Positions 38,701 through 53,139 of a stretch of 64,000 nucleotides of DNA are shown one piece after another. This DNA is from Camelus dromedarius (lineage: Eukaryota): NCBI RefSeq assembly GCF_036321535.1, contig NC_087436.1:99946001-100010000 (forward strand), in the 5' to 3' direction. Under the pieces are notes generated by a model. That model was not told the origin of the DNA, did no database searches, and saw only the letters and a program-made list of their open reading frames with translations. The position numbers and the translations under genes were made by a program. Position 1 is the first letter of the stretch, and each line of letters opens with the position of its first letter.

Positions 38701-40155
38701 AAAGTAAGATATTCACATACTCATATGCAGAAGACCTTTAGAAGTATGAAAAACGAGGAGAGATGGACAGTGAGATTCTCAAGGTCTTCTTCTTATGTTA
38801 AAAAAAAAAAGACGAGGTTCAACAACTGAATGTTAGATGATATAGGTAATCTTAAAGCATAGAAGATGTTTGATGATTGACTAATGAAATTAATTGAATC
38901 ATTTCAAAATTACATTTAATACCTGAGCTGAAAGAGGCCTTTAAAGACTGAATTATACTCTGGAATTTTGATTGCTATATAGAGAACTGAGAAAATCCCT
39001 GGAGCAGAAGCTAAGTATGAAAGTGAAGGACAGAGAATTATAAACTAAATGAGGTATAATTAACATGCATAATGAAAATTCAGATGATGCCAGAGATTCT
39101 GGAAATTAAAAGATGTTTCCTTGCTCTAAACATTTAATGTTTATTGGATTTCAAACCATAATGTAGAGGGATTAAAGGGAATAATTGTGAGGGAATGGGA
39201 ATAGCATTTTTAATTCATTATTTTGAGACATTAAGCTTTGACAAGGAGTAAATATAATGCTTAAAGGAGGATAAACTCTGATTGATTTCCACCCCCCACC
39301 ATCCGACAAAAAGGGATTCTGGAACATATTTGCAACGGTCAAGAGCTAGGCAGGAAAGAAAGTGTTGAAATGGTTGATGAAATAGTTGCTCGAGATTCTT
39401 GAAAGAGAATGATGTGACGGAATTAGTGATGGAGCTGAAGGGGAGTTTCATTTCGGAGGAAGGACAAAGATGAGAAAAATTCTTAAGCCTATACCTGAGC
39501 AGGTTCATATGAGATAAATTTTCTGTAGGTAAAGTTAAAATAAACCAATGGAAAGTGAAAGGTTTGTATGTAGTTAGTTTTAAGGTTGGAGGATGTGAAT
39601 TTGCATTAGGATAGAAATCGACCAATACTAGGAAAAGCTTAAAAGATGGATATATATATATATATGAGATCTGCTGAGAGACTTGCCATCTATGGCTGCT
39701 CAAAAGAACTGTATCTGATGTGGAAGTAGGGAATGTCTCTATTGCCTAGTGTATTTAATTTGTAGGGCATGTTGTTGCTCACACAATTTGTCATTTTTAT
39801 TTAACACTTATATTTGAGCATATCATCAAATTGATGGCTTATTCAAACTGATAGAAGAATACAAACAATTTAATAATTTGATGTAGCATGGCTGCATGTC
39901 ACATAATAATAGCCTTTAAAAAAGATCCATGTTTTCAAAATGTCCCTGGAGGTCGTCGTGGAATTTAAATTACTGACTAAGTATTGTGAGTGAGAAGATA
40001 TAAACTACAGTTTGATAGCAAGACTCAGTGGCACTGGGAGGCCTAAAAGAGAAAAATTGGTGTTGTTTCAGTTTAGTACATGCCCACAAGGGATATTATT
40101 GATTTTATGATACGAGGTTTGTAACTAAGATAAAGGCAATGTTAAAGCCTCCAAG

Positions 40156-40521
<366 letters not shown>

Positions 40522-41299
40522 ATCACATCATAATACAAGAAAATAAGCCATTTAAAAAGATATATTAATACTTTTAAAATCATTTGTTAATGGTGGAGTG
40601 GGTGGTCGATTTAATAATTCATCCTGAACAAACCTGTGGAAACAAGTAACCAGGTTATTACTTTTCAGAAAGTCAGAAACAGGAAAAAAGTACATTTTAA
40701 AAAAGAATACTTAATAATAATGTCTAGGGTAACTATATAGTCATATGTTATGCTTTAGATTTTATTTTAAAATAATATATATTATTTCCACATAATATTA
40801 GAAAATGCTAAATTTTAATTATTATTTAATTGAAATCAATTAGTTAAATAAAATTCATTAAATGAAGGTTATAAGCAGGTAAAATTTTTCTACCTTGTAA
40901 AAGTTGCCTCAAATTTTCAGAAAATGAATTTTAAAATATTTTGTGCAAACTATTTTAAAACACAATTTAAAAACTAGCTTAAAACCCAACCACTTTGATT
41001 GGGAAATTACAAAAAGAAAATAAAAACACAATTTTTTTCCCTTGGAGGAATAGATATGTATAGTGAATAGTTTACAACAAATAGAGATGTTCAGGAAATC
41101 TTGCAAGAAACAAAAACTCTGTAATTCAATTTTACAGTATTCTTCCTACCATATGATTATACTAGTGTAACTTTACTTTAAAATTAGAATTCATAATCTG
41201 GTGATCATTTTAAAAATCTTCATCAACCTTTCTTGTATTGTTTGGCACTATTGTGTCTCTTCTGATCTTGTATATTTTCAGCTGTTTTAGTCTGAGCTT

Positions 41300-42130
41300 T
41301 ATTAAGTCCTTTCCTACTTTCTGTTCTCTAAGAGTCCATGAGTCTCTGTCTTTTGCCCCATTTTTGTTATCCTTACCTACTTTTTCTCCCAAAGAGCATC
41401 TGCTTCCTTGGATTCTACTGTAACCTGAACACAGATAACTCTCAAATCTTCATGCCTGTGTTCCTTTTGTCTTTCACTTTTCAGGGACTCTCCACTGGCA
41501 TTTAGGTTAGCATCCCAATGTTAACCAAGTCCTACCAGGTCCTTTCAGACAGCATGTAAATACTTGGCAGATGCTGCTCCCTCTGGTAAGAAAATTCTTC
41601 CTCTGGACTTCTGCTAAAATAAATCTTATCTGTCCTTCTAATTTTAACTTAAATGTCACGGCCTTGAGAGGCTTTCTCTGACATCCACACTACAAATTAA
41701 GTCCTCTCCTTTTTCTTTCATCATATCCTGTTCTTTGTCCTCAGGGACTGTATCACAGTTTGCAGCCATGTGTTTATTTGTATAATTAATGTGTGTTATA
41801 TCTGTCACTGATCCTATGCTGTAAGCACTCTGAGGACAGGGGCCACACCAAATTTACTCCTTACTCTATACTCAGAAACAAATAGAGAGAGGCTCAAAAC
41901 ATGTTTTAAGTGGATGAACCAATCAAATGCTTTTTTTTTTTTTTTCTTTAACTTGTGAGCTAGTTATATTTCCAACTGCTTGGGGGATTTACACAGAAAG
42001 ATAATTGTCATTTCCTCAAACTCAGCATGTCAAAAACTACATTCATCTTTCCCTGGAAGAGACTTCCCACTCAATGCTACATTTTATAAACCTGGAATCA
42101 TCTCAAGTTTATTTCATTTTTTTCTTCCCC
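41300..42130 (+). mobile_element. L2 relics
   Basis: 'gataactctcaaatct', 'cttaaatgtcac…gagaggctttctctgac', 'tgtaagcactctgaggacagggg', 'caaactcagcatgtcaaaaac'. Confidence 0.65.
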
Positions 42131-42414
42131 ATTAATATATTATTCATGAATTAATTTTATTTCTTCATTCATAATTTCTCTTGAAATCTCGCTTTTTTTC
42201 TCCTTCTTGCAATCACAAAATTCATTTCCATACAAACACCTAACCAAAAATACAAATTCTACTTTTAAACATATTTTCTTCTGAGCTGCAGGGTGTTTAG
42301 AAGAATGCTTTCTGTTCATGTACACATAATTTCACATATTTCTTTGTGACACATAGTCATCTTTCTGGTCTCTGTGTAAGTGCCATATTTTTGTAGAAGA
42401 AACATTGATCATTG

Positions 42415-42826
42415 CTGTAGGTTGTTTCCTTGGACAATGAGATGAGGTTTAGTGATCTGAATGTTACTTAGGGTATTAACTGGAATTGATAACTTTAGAA
42501 GGGAGAGAAAGGAAGTATCACCGAGTCAGGGAGAATTTCAACTATGATAATGATCTGATCACTGTTCTCAGCTGACTGCAGGAACTCTGGAGCTAAAATG
42601 TACCATCGAGTTGTACTGTGTTGGTTGAAAATGTCACAGCATTTTTAAGTCCACCTCCACCAGTCATTGGATATGGGCCACCCTGGGAGGAGACTGACCT
42701 CGTATAAGGTCATGTGGCCATCCAAGGGTGAGGCAACCCCTTAAGCAGTAGACAATGACAATCCCATCAGCATGCACGTGTTCTTACTTGGTGGAGCTGG
42801 GTGACATGTCACGGTTTTCACCATGA
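42415..42826 (-). mobile_element. ERVL LTR33/LTR16-like solo LTR (ancient)
   Basis: 'ctcagctgactgcaggaactctggagcta…ccagtcattggatatgggccaccctgggagg' resembles the rc LTR33 consensus. Confidence 0.6.
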
Positions 42827-45559
42827 TCATTAAAGGTTGAATTAGGGCAAGTGTTTTGTGTACCCCTGTCCAATTAAAAGGGGGCTTTGGGTTTATCCAT
42901 ACATTTTGATTTATTTTAGTAAAAAGAAAATACTGTCTAAGGAAACTTGAAAAAAATATACAAATCTAGGATTTGTTTATTAGGATTCAGGATAATGTTC
43001 ATTACATTATTCAGTGGATTTTTCTGTGCTTTACAATATTTTTGAATAAAAATAAACCCAAGCTACAGTTGCCTTCCTCATACTTCCAGTATCATGCTGT
43101 GTTTATCCAGATCATGGTATCAGCCAACCTTATTGCAATTTTCTATTTATGTATTTATCATTATTCTCCAAATATCCACTAAGACAAGCTCCCCCTCAAT
43201 TTAATCCTAGCAAAATGCCAGGAACATAGCTGCAAGTCACCAACTGTGATTTTGAATGAATGAGAATTGCTGTATGTCAGAACCCAAAGGTGCAGGTTGG
43301 GTGGAAACTTGCCACATGACTCCTCCTTATGGTTTGTCTATAATCATGAACCTTATAAATTCAGAAGTGCAAGACTACAAGTTCATGAGGCACAAAATTC
43401 TGTTAGAGTGGTCAAACTAGACTCTTGGTCCCAGCAAGGAGAATCATTTTTATCCAGTTCCTCACTCTCTTAAGAACTTCTTTTTGATCTGATAATTAAC
43501 TTGACTTTTGCATACTGATATATTTAACTCCTAAATTTATAAACCTCTCTTCAAGAACTTTTACTAAGACTGGAACTAGACTATCTCAGGTTATGTATTT
43601 CATGTGAGCCAGCCTATGGGACTTGCTCCAACAACCAGTCTACTTCACCCAAACCCCATCCCAATGTCAGAATTTAACCATTACAAAACCATGGACAAGC
43701 AAGTACCGGGAGTGATCCGAGGAAGGGGGGAATGTGTTGAAAGCTGGTAGTGGGGAGTGAAGCAATCCATTTCTATTACTGATCTGTCACACATTCATGG
43801 CTTAGAGCTGGTATTGAAAGAATCTGGGGCTAATTCAATAGAATCAACTTATTTTTTCCCAGTGTTTCTATGGTTCCATCAAAAGTCCAGAGGAAAACTT
43901 CTGTATTATAATAACTAAGTCTTAAAGCTGTATTTGCAAACTTAAGCTTTTTATGTACCATAGACACATACAACTGTTCCAATTATTATTTCATGTTTTA
44001 TATAAATTGATCTATATTTGTTACCTATAGAAAGTGTTTTTTAAATTATTATATCACTGTCTTAAATGTTTAAAAAACTATCATTCTCACCAATAGAAAT
44101 CAGTCAATATTGAAATATTATATTTAATTCAGGTTTCATGAAAAATTATTTTATATATTATCATGAGAATATGTCCTACACAGCAGAAAGTACTCTCCTA
44201 AAGATGAGTTTAGTTATTCCTCCTTCCTTGCCCACTCACATCTTGCATAGTTTCAAACTAGAGCTCTAACACAGTTTGAGAAGAATAGCCCTAAAACTAC
44301 CAACATTTTGTGAAATCATATTGTTCCTGAACCTTAGCTATAACAACCACAGAATTTTTTTGAAGATTTAATTATTATCTTACATAACTTTAATGAGCAG
44401 AAGTTGTATTCCCTAGTGAGGTTCATTAGTGAAAACATCAAAAAGTATTGGACTGAAAGTTAACCATAAGAATATTTTATCACCCTAGATTATATTCAAA
44501 TCTGTCATTTTGCTTTGAATAAGATTTGGAAGGGGAAGCTAGAAAGCTGAAAACTCTTATTTTCTCATGAAATCATAGGGTTGGTAGAAACTTGAAGAGG
44601 TCATGTAACTCCATCATCTAACTTCAAAAGTGGATTCATCTAAACTACTCCAAACAGATGAATTCTGTTCTATTTTAAGATACCACTATCAAAGGAAATT
44701 TTAACTTTATTTTCAGGGATATTTTTCATACTAGTAATAGTGAGAAATCTGAGCATTTGAGGCTGAGCTGAGTGTACTCAATATTTGTTGCCCTACCAAA
44801 TGTCTTATTTAATCTGAAATAAGAAAATAAACAAATTGTCAATCATCTTTTAAAGATAATGCTTAAATCTATCTTCGCCTTTTCTTTCCTAAACTAAAAG
44901 CCTCTAGTTATTTTTTAGTAACAGAAAATTCTGAAAGTATATAAGGACTTTAGTCTTTAGAATGTGGACTTTTGAAATTAAATAATTTTCACATATTGAA
45001 ATAATTATCTGTCAGAGCAGGAAACTTTCAAATATCCAGTTTTCCAAAGTCTTGTATCCATACTTTATTTCACTTATTCTGTTTCATAAGTTATCATCAG
45101 AAAAATGGCCAGTGATATATTTCCCAAGTTTATGGGTTTGTCATTACTTATCAGATATCCTAAGGATAAACAGTCCCATTTATAATACTAATGTGTCTTT
45201 TTTAATATTTCCCTTTTTGTTTTTCTAAGCTACTCTCACTGACCTATTTAAAACATTACATTTGCAAATAAAAATAACTATGGGGAAAATGGTTAACAAC
45301 ATTATAGTATAGAGACAAACCAAAATATTTTATCATGAAATACTGATAATACTAAAAACAAATTCAGAAATTTCAAGTTAAATAAAGTTTTTTATCTATT
45401 TTGGTTTTTTGGCAATGGATTTTTCCAATATCTACATTGTTCATGTGGTTAATTTTTTTAAGGGGATAAAATAAGTGTAGTGACTGAAGCTTTTCAACCA
45501 ATGAAAATATCACATTAAGTAGCCAATATCTGAATGCCCTCAATTTCTTTTTCTTGATA

Positions 45560-46030
45560 TCAGTTTGAGCCCTCACCCAAACTGAATAAATTTCACTTCT
45601 GTATCAGAGAGGATCCTGTTGACATGATGGACTATGACTTCAAAGGCTAGTTGGTAAAAGACATTATTATTTTCACTTTGCTGTCCCTTGGTTCACTAAC
45701 TCTGGAGGAAACTAAATGTCATGCCATAAGCACACTGCAACAGTCTTATGGAAAAGTCACATGGTGAGGAACTCTTGGCTTGCTGCCAACAACCAACACT
45801 AACTTCCCAGGCATTTGAGTGAGCATCCTTGAAAGCAGGCTCTAGAACCAGGTAAGCCTTAAGAAGCCAGCTGCTGTGGACCACATATTAATTGTGATCT
45901 CATAAGGAACTGTGAGCCAGACACACCCACACACTTAACCCACAAGAACTCTGTGAGATGGTTAATGTAAGTATTTTTAAAATGCTAAATTTTGGAGTAA
46001 TTTGTTAAATAGTAATGGATAACTAATACA
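45560..46030 (+). mobile_element. ERVL-MaLR MLT1-type LTR
   Basis: 'cacatggtgaggaact…tgccaacaacc…gagtgagc…' ending 'ttttggagtaatttgtt…gtaatggataactaataca'. Confidence 0.8.
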
Positions 46031-47149
46031 TCATCTGAACTGCTCTTAAGAAATAAGAGGGACAGAGTGCTCCATTTTCTTTCCTGATTACAAAAGTACA
46101 GTATTACCTTGTTTTTAAATTTCAGTTTTATGTTTGGAACATTAAAAATCATGTAATACATGAAATACAAAAAGAAAAATCAACACACTCTCAGGTAGAC
46201 ATGGAAAATATCTTTGTTGTTAATCATTGTGATTTTCTAGGGACATGGACACATATAGATAGGAATTTTGAATAGATTAGGGGGATTAAACAAAACCCCC
46301 AAATCTGTGATATATTCAAATTTGAAGATTGGTTTGATAAGCCGCACAGATTCATAGACACACACACGCACATAATACATTGCTTTTCATAAGATAAGTT
46401 TTTGTATGCAAGTAATGCGGGGATAGAGTAGTAACATTATCATTCTGCAGACGTCATAAATTGACTGAAACTAAGGAGAATAAACTTAAGAGCTAAAATA
46501 TAGTCTGTTTACAAAAGTGCACACACTTCAACTCTGTATAACTTGTAAGGATAGATGCTATACATTGAAGCTACCAGAGTAAGGATTTTACAAGAAACAT
46601 GACTTGATTTTTTTTCTACTCAATCTTTTGTTGTTATTATTATTACTTTTTCTTTCCTTTTCCTTTCTATTTTAGATCATAGATTTTACTTGAATAATCC
46701 TCACTGGTAGATTCCTTGTCTTAAGCTTTCTTCTTTTTTTAATCACTCCTTTGTTTTCCAAGGTGAGATTAACATACTTTTATGATTTTACATATCACAA
46801 ATCAGTCTTCAGGTTGTAAAAAGATTTGGCATTTACTTTAGATTAATGTACAATGTAGGCATTTTTTATTATACCCATTATTATTGGTTTATTCGTATTT
46901 TAGTTTTCTGCCTCTATCTTTGATAGTTTGCAATATTTTCCTGATGTTACACACACACACACAAACATATACACGTATTTCTGGCAACATATTTTAAAGA
47001 ATTTTTATGTGTGTAATTTGCATTTAAAGGTCTATTTCATATCTATTTATTGATTATTAATGTCATGTATATAAATAAATTTTCCTCTTTAATCTCTGTT
47101 AGGTGTGTCATAACTTTATTAATTTTAATCTTGTCAGTACAACTTAGTT

Positions 47150-47420
47150 CTGCTATTTTATTTTTTGTCATGTTTATTAATTAAGTATCATGAAATTAAT
47201 TCTACTTAAACATGTAATTTGATGAACTTTGACAAACACATACAGTCCTATAATTGTCACATAATCAAGATACAGAAGATTTCCACCACCATAAAAACGG
47301 ATTTATTGTGCATTTGTAGTCGATCTCCTATTCTGTTTCCACTCAAAACACATGGCAATCACTGATTTTTCTGCCCTAATTATTTTAATTTTCAAGAATG
47401 TTACATTAATGGGATAACAT
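47150..47420 (-). mobile_element. Old L1M (L1MC/MD-like) 3' end fragment
   Basis: 'tttgatgaactttgacaaacacatacagtc…aatcaagatacagaagatttccaccacc…ggcaatcactgatt'. Confidence 0.65.
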
Positions 47421-47429
47421 AGGGGATAT

Positions 47430-47685
47430 AACCACCCAGATATTTTGGACCTATGTACCCAACTTTAATTGGCGATTTTATCTCCAGAGCCTCCTGTGGA
47501 GTGAACCAAGGCAGCACTGCAACTTGACTTTTCTCTCTGACCAATCTTGCTTCCTTCTGTCCCTTCCACAAGTTTTGTTTTCCTAGCAAACGTTCTTTCC
47601 ACTAAACCACTTGCTTTTCCCTCCCCAAGATAGACACCTCGAGTAGTGATAAACAGAGGTTTTCCTTGAGGAGTTGACACCTAAG
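47430..47685 (+). mobile_element. LTR33-like ERVL LTR fragment
   Basis: 'ctccagagcctcctgtggag…ctgcaacttgacttttctctctgaccaatcttgcttccttc'. Confidence 0.5.
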
Positions 47686-48049
47686 TAGAAATTGAAAGGA
47701 TGACTGTATTCCCTCAAAATCAATTCTGTGTGATCATGTTTCCAGCAATGGAATAATTCCTTGTAAACATCATGCATCAAATAATAGAATGGAAATTTAA
47801 GCTAAAGTTATATTTCAGACACATTGTTATGTTAGAATGTATATTTTGTTTACAAAAAGGAAATTAAAGTGGGAATCTAAGAAAAATTATGCATAAAGAA
47901 TAAAGGGATTTTTGTTAGAATGTAATCATGATGGAGAGAACAAAAGTACAAGAGAATCCAATGTAGTCCAAGTTCATAGAGGGGTAGTTGAAGACACTGT
48001 GACATAATCAGGAGAACTGTGTTGCACAGGAGGGATAAGAAGAGTGGTT

Positions 48050-48350
48050 TCTTCAGGTTTTTCCCTATCTTAGAGAGAAAGAATTCAATATTTCACCACT
48101 AAGTAGGATGTTAGTGGTAGGTCTTTGGTTGATGCTCACTCTTAGATTATGAGAGTTTTTATTTTAATTGGATGTGGTACTTTATTAAACTCCTTTACAT
48201 ATTATTGGAATAATGATATGCTTTTTCTTTAATCTGTTGACATAGTGAATTAATGAGTAATTTTTGAATGTTGAATCAACGTTGTAATCCATTTGGTCAA
48301 GATATGTTATATATTTACCATGTTGATTGATTTAATTTGCTATATATTGA
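48050..48350 (-). mobile_element. Old L1 ORF2 fragment
   Basis: 'tcttagagagaaag…ttcaatatttcaccactaagtaggatgttag…gtaggt'. Confidence 0.6.
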
Positions 48351-48397
48351 TGACAACAATAGCACAAAGAATGAGAGGAAAGGAGTTGGAATTCTAA

Positions 48398-49575
48398 TAT
48401 AAAACTACCTGAAAATAATGTTGGAGAAAACCTAGATGACATTGGGTTTGGAAATAACTTTTTAGATACAGCACCAAAGGCATTATCTGTGAATGAAAGA
48501 ATTGATAAGATGGATTTTATTGAAAATAAAAATTTCTACTCTGTGAAAGACACTGTCAAGAGAATGAAAAGATAAGCCAAGATTGGGAGAAAATATTTTC
48601 TAAACACTCATTAGATAAAAGACTGTTATCCAAAATATTCAAAGAACCCTTAACACTCATGGATAAGAAAACAAACATCCCAGTTAAAATATGGGCCAAA
48701 GACCCTGGCAGACATAGCACCAAAGAAAATGCTCAGATAACAAATAAGCATAGGAAAAAATGCTTTACACCCTAAGTCATCATGAAAATGCAAATTAAAA
48801 TGAGATACCTTACACCACCATTAGAATGGCCAAAATCCAGAACAACAGAGAACACTAAATATTGTTGGGGCTATAGAGCAACAGAAATGGTCACGCATTT
48901 CTGGTGGGGATGTAAAATGGTACAGCCACTTTGAAAGACAGTTTGGCAGTTTCTTACAAAACAAGCTTTTCCCACATAATCCAGCAATCATTCTTCTTAG
49001 CATTTATCCAAATGAGTTGAAAACTTGTATCTACACAAAAACCTGCATTTAGTTAGTTACAGCTTTATCCATAATTGCCAAAATTTGGAAGCAACCAAGA
49101 TGACTTTCAATAGATAAATGGTTAAATAAACTGTGGTAAATCCAGGCATTGGAATATTATCCAGTGCTAAGATGAAATGAATTGTCAAGCCAGGAAAAGA
49201 TATACAACAACTTTAAGTACATATTACTAAATGAAAGAAGCCAATCTGAAAATACATACTGTATGATTCCATCTATAAGACTTCTGACAAAGGCAAAAGT
49301 ATGGAGAGAGTGAAAAATGATCAGTGGTTACAGGGAAGATGAAATGGACAAGCAGAACACAGAGGATTTTTTTATGGCAGTGAAACTACTCTCCATGATA
49401 CACTAATGGTAGATAATGTCATTGTACTTTTGTCTAAACCTATAGAATGTACAACACCAAGAGTGAACTGTAACATAAACTGTGGTCTTTTAGTGATAAT
49501 ATCATGTCAATGCAGGTTCATCAATTGTAACAAATGTTCCACTCTGGAAGAGGACATTGAGGATGGGGGAGGCTA
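48398..49575 (+). mobile_element. L1MC-like ORF2 end plus 3' UTR
   Basis: 'ggagaaaacctagatgacattggg…ggcagtgaaactactctccatgatac…tagaatgtacaacaccaagagtgaac…ttgtaacaaatgttccactctgg'. Confidence 0.85.
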
Positions 49576-49864
49576 AAGGATGTTCTGGGCTCCAAATAAA
49601 GACCACAACAGCCTGTCATGAGATTCACATACAGATAGCAAATTTCAAAATAATTTTGCGGAAGTTGAAAATAATTAGGGTTGTAACCTAATCCTGAGGC
49701 AAAGTTGCCGAGGAAGCTGTGGTAGATTCTTAATGAAGAATTTTAAGCCTAAAGGGCTGTAGAAATCAAATATGGTTAGAAGGCCCTCCTCATCCAAAAT
49801 CTTGTTATATATATCAAGTAGACATTTGCCATAAAATTGAACATAATGTATTTAATTTTAGGTT

Positions 49865-50390
49865 TGTACTTTGAGGCTCACGGCAGGTGACCCCAAATAT
49901 GCTACAATGGCATATTATTTTGAATTAAAGTTACTTAAGAAATGGTTGGTGCAAGAGGGACACTGACCCTCCTTTCTGTCTCCCTGAAAGCAGGAAATAA
50001 ATCTCTCCTGTGGAACAGTCCCTGCATCTGGAGGTAGAAGAACACTCTTATTCTCAAAGACAGGAGATTCCAGCTGAAAAGCCTATATGCACAGACCGTG
50101 TTACTTCTTTATTTACTATCCTAAACCCAAATTCTGTTTTAGATTCTTCACATAAAACCTAAATTTTTGGTCCTGTCAATTTCTCACAAATTTATTGTTT
50201 ATTTGTCTAAAAAGGATAAAAGATATCTGCTTTGGCCAATTCTTAGGTCCCATTTCTATAAGCCCTCCATATGCATTAGTTAAAATTTGTTTCTTCTTCT
50301 CCTGTTAGTCTGTCTTGTGTCAATTTTATTATTTGTTCAGTCATAAGAACTCAAAAGGGGTAGAAGGAAAAATTTTCTCCTCCCTGACTA
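49865..50390 (+). mobile_element. MER34-like ERV1 LTR
   Basis: 'gaccccaaatatgctacaatggcatattattttgaattaaag…ccctgaaagcaggaaataaatc…ttttctcctccctgac'. Confidence 0.7.
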
Positions 50391-51419
50391 TATCAATCTA
50401 TTGATAATATTAGCATCACTTCAACAATGAATGCTCAGCAGAATGTCTAATCAAACATTTTAGGTTCAATATTTTAAATACTTCAACCTCTATAACTACC
50501 TTACTAATATATAATAATAATAATTTTGTAGAAAAAGGAATCAATTTTTTATAACTTGTTTCTTATTGTAGAAGGGCTCAATGAAATTTGAGAAAATATA
50601 ATAAAAAATTCAAATAATTTATGATTGCCAAATGAATCTTAAAGAATTATATTTCATTCAAAATATTTTTTTCTAAACTGATTTACATACCAGTTAAAAC
50701 CAAAAACTCCTAGTTACACTAGATTTGATTCTATACCATATGTTAAGAAGTCACCTGGCAATTATTTGCTTTAGGTGGAGTTAAGATGTATGCTTTCACT
50801 ATGTAAGATAGAAACACAGATAGTGTATAACAATTAAATGTTTCATAACTTTTGTGTTTTGTATAAAATTATTTCTCTATGGAAAGACTTTTATCAGTGA
50901 TTAGATTTGGAAATTAAACAAAACTCTGCAACTAACATAATGTAATTTATTCCTGCAGTAAAACAAAAACAAGAAACAAAAAACAAAAACCTTTTAGATG
51001 AAAACACTAGACAGTTTTTCCATTTGAATAGGAAAGGTTGCAACCCCAAAAGGTTTATTGAACATGAAAACTTGAAATACTATAACACGCCTAAATGATC
51101 TAGTCATGAATCACAAAGAGGATATAAATTACCCAAAGTGTTTATAATTGTAATTTACAAGTGCCCATTAGACTACATTAGTGTAGCTTCTAAAGAAATT
51201 CTATAAAAGAATTCCACTACAAAACTGTCGAAATGATGTTTCCTTTTCCTCCATATACTAATATTAGGCAATTCACTTAGCTTTCAAAGTTTGCCATTTA
51301 ATACAAGCTTTTACTCATCTGAACTTTCAGCACAATTTTATTTCTACTGATCGCTTCTGAAGGGTAGAGTTTTAAAGTAAGAGGTAGAGCCACCAAAGGA
51401 GCCCATCAACAACAAAAAC

Positions 51420-52460
51420 ACATTTAACAAATATTTATTGAGCTCTTACAATCTGCCAGCTGTCTTTCTGGGAATGCAGAAATTAACAAGACATGTGAAA
51501 TACTTGATAGCAAAGAGTTTACATTCTATTGATGTGTAACAGCAAAATAGATAGTAGAATAATAAACGTGTAGGTGATGGCAATAGGCATTCCAAAGAAA
51601 AACAAGAATAAAGGTCACTAGATAATCCCAGGGTAGAGGTTAATTTTATTTTATATTAGGTGGTTATGTCTCACTTATAAGACATTGTTTGAGCAAAATA
51701 AATAAATAAACATTCAAGGTGAAGGACTGTCATGCAAATATAAAGAAAAAGCATGTTCCATGCAGAGGAAATAACAAGTACACAGACCTTGAGTGAGCAG
51801 CTTGTCTGTTGCATTGGAGGAAGAGCAAGGAGACAAGTTAGGAGGTCAGAGAGATGGAGAAAGGAAGAAAGGAGGGATGGGTGAACTTCTAGCATGTAGA
51901 AATGTTTTGCATTTTTGTTTAATGTGAAAGGGGAAGCTACCAGATGAAGTTTTAGCAGCAGAATAAAACCACTTGATTTTATTTTTAAGTAAGTTGCTGT
52001 GACAAAAACAGATTGGGGAGGGGGAGGAGTGGAGCAAGCAGTGAAGGAGGGAAACCAATCAGGTCAGTAATTCAGGAACATATGATGGTGTTTTTACCAA
52101 GTTGGTGGTAGTGGAAGTGGTGAGACATGGTTTGTTCTGTATATATTGGTGGTTAATGAATATAATTTGCTGATGAAGGAGATGGGGTATGTGCAAGACA
52201 GAATATGTCAACATTTATTTTATCTGCACAAACAGAAGAGTGGAGTCTTCATTTCCTGGTATATAGAGAACTTGGGTGGAGATGTCTTTTCTGATTAAAA
52301 ACACAGTGATTATTAGTACTTAGACATTCAGTGGATGTCAATAGTAAGTGCATAGTTTAGGAGGTAAAAGATCATAATACGTGTGTAATGGATGTCATCA
52401 GGGTAGCGTTGAACTGGATCTTCTGTTATGTGAGTGAATGAATGAAGCCACTCAGGGTTC
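51420..52460 (-). mobile_element. L2 relic
   Basis: Starts 'catttaacaaatatttattgagctcttaca' (rc of the L2 3' end); purine-rich body typical of antisense L2. Confidence 0.75.
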
Positions 52461-52753
52461 TAGTAGGATTTGGGGTGAAGAAGACTACTACAATTCCAAT
52501 CTTACAGTTTTCTGTCAAGGATAGTGTGTAATCAGACTTGTTATTGAAGCAACCAAATGCAAGATAGATAATTGGAAAAACAGGAAGCATAAAAAAAGCA
52601 GAAGCTTCAAAAAGAGGTGCAAGAATTTGAAAAGAGACCTTCAAAAAGAGTGAAGATAAGGCTGAGACATACTCTTGATCTTGAGGACAAGAGCATTTGG
52701 AAGATTATTTCCCACTTTGAAAAAAAACTCAAATGAGTCAAAGAACCAGTTTT

Positions 52754-52814
52754 CTTTTCCCTGATAACTTTTTAAATCTATTTTTTAATTGAGTTATAGT
52801 CAGTTTACAATGAA
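52754..52814 (-). mobile_element. Ultra-short L1 3'-terminal micro-insertion with TSD
   Basis: rc reads CATTGTAAACTGACTATAACTCAATTAAAAAA (the L1 terminus, compare 20211-20243) plus about 27 nt of mixed tail. AACCAGTTTT is duplicated at 52744-52753 and 52815-52824. Confidence 0.75.
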
Positions 52815-53139
52815 AACCAGTTTTTAATAAGGTAAAGAGATGTAATAAATTTTCAACAAAGAATTTTCTGATAGGCAGGATAATTATTTCCTATGAAACA
52901 GGGCATATAGAAAACAGAGGGAGAGACTTGGAAGTGAAATAGATCATACTGAAAATGAGAGTTAGGAAAACTAAAAAAATAAAAGACAAGGTTGAGAAAT
53001 TATATCTTTGACCAGGAGTTTTCAGCTTATGATTTAATGGTTTTAGGATAATCTAGGAAGATGCGTCTAGAGCCAAAAAAACCTTCTTCTTTTATTAAGT
53101 TAAAATTTAATTAAGCTAATTATTAATTTATTAATTAAG

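Noticed and set aside
39218..39703. 161-aa minus-strand ORF
   Set aside because: No recognisable domain, non-ATG start, includes a (TA)n run, no convincing splice context; probably chance in an old repeat-derived region.
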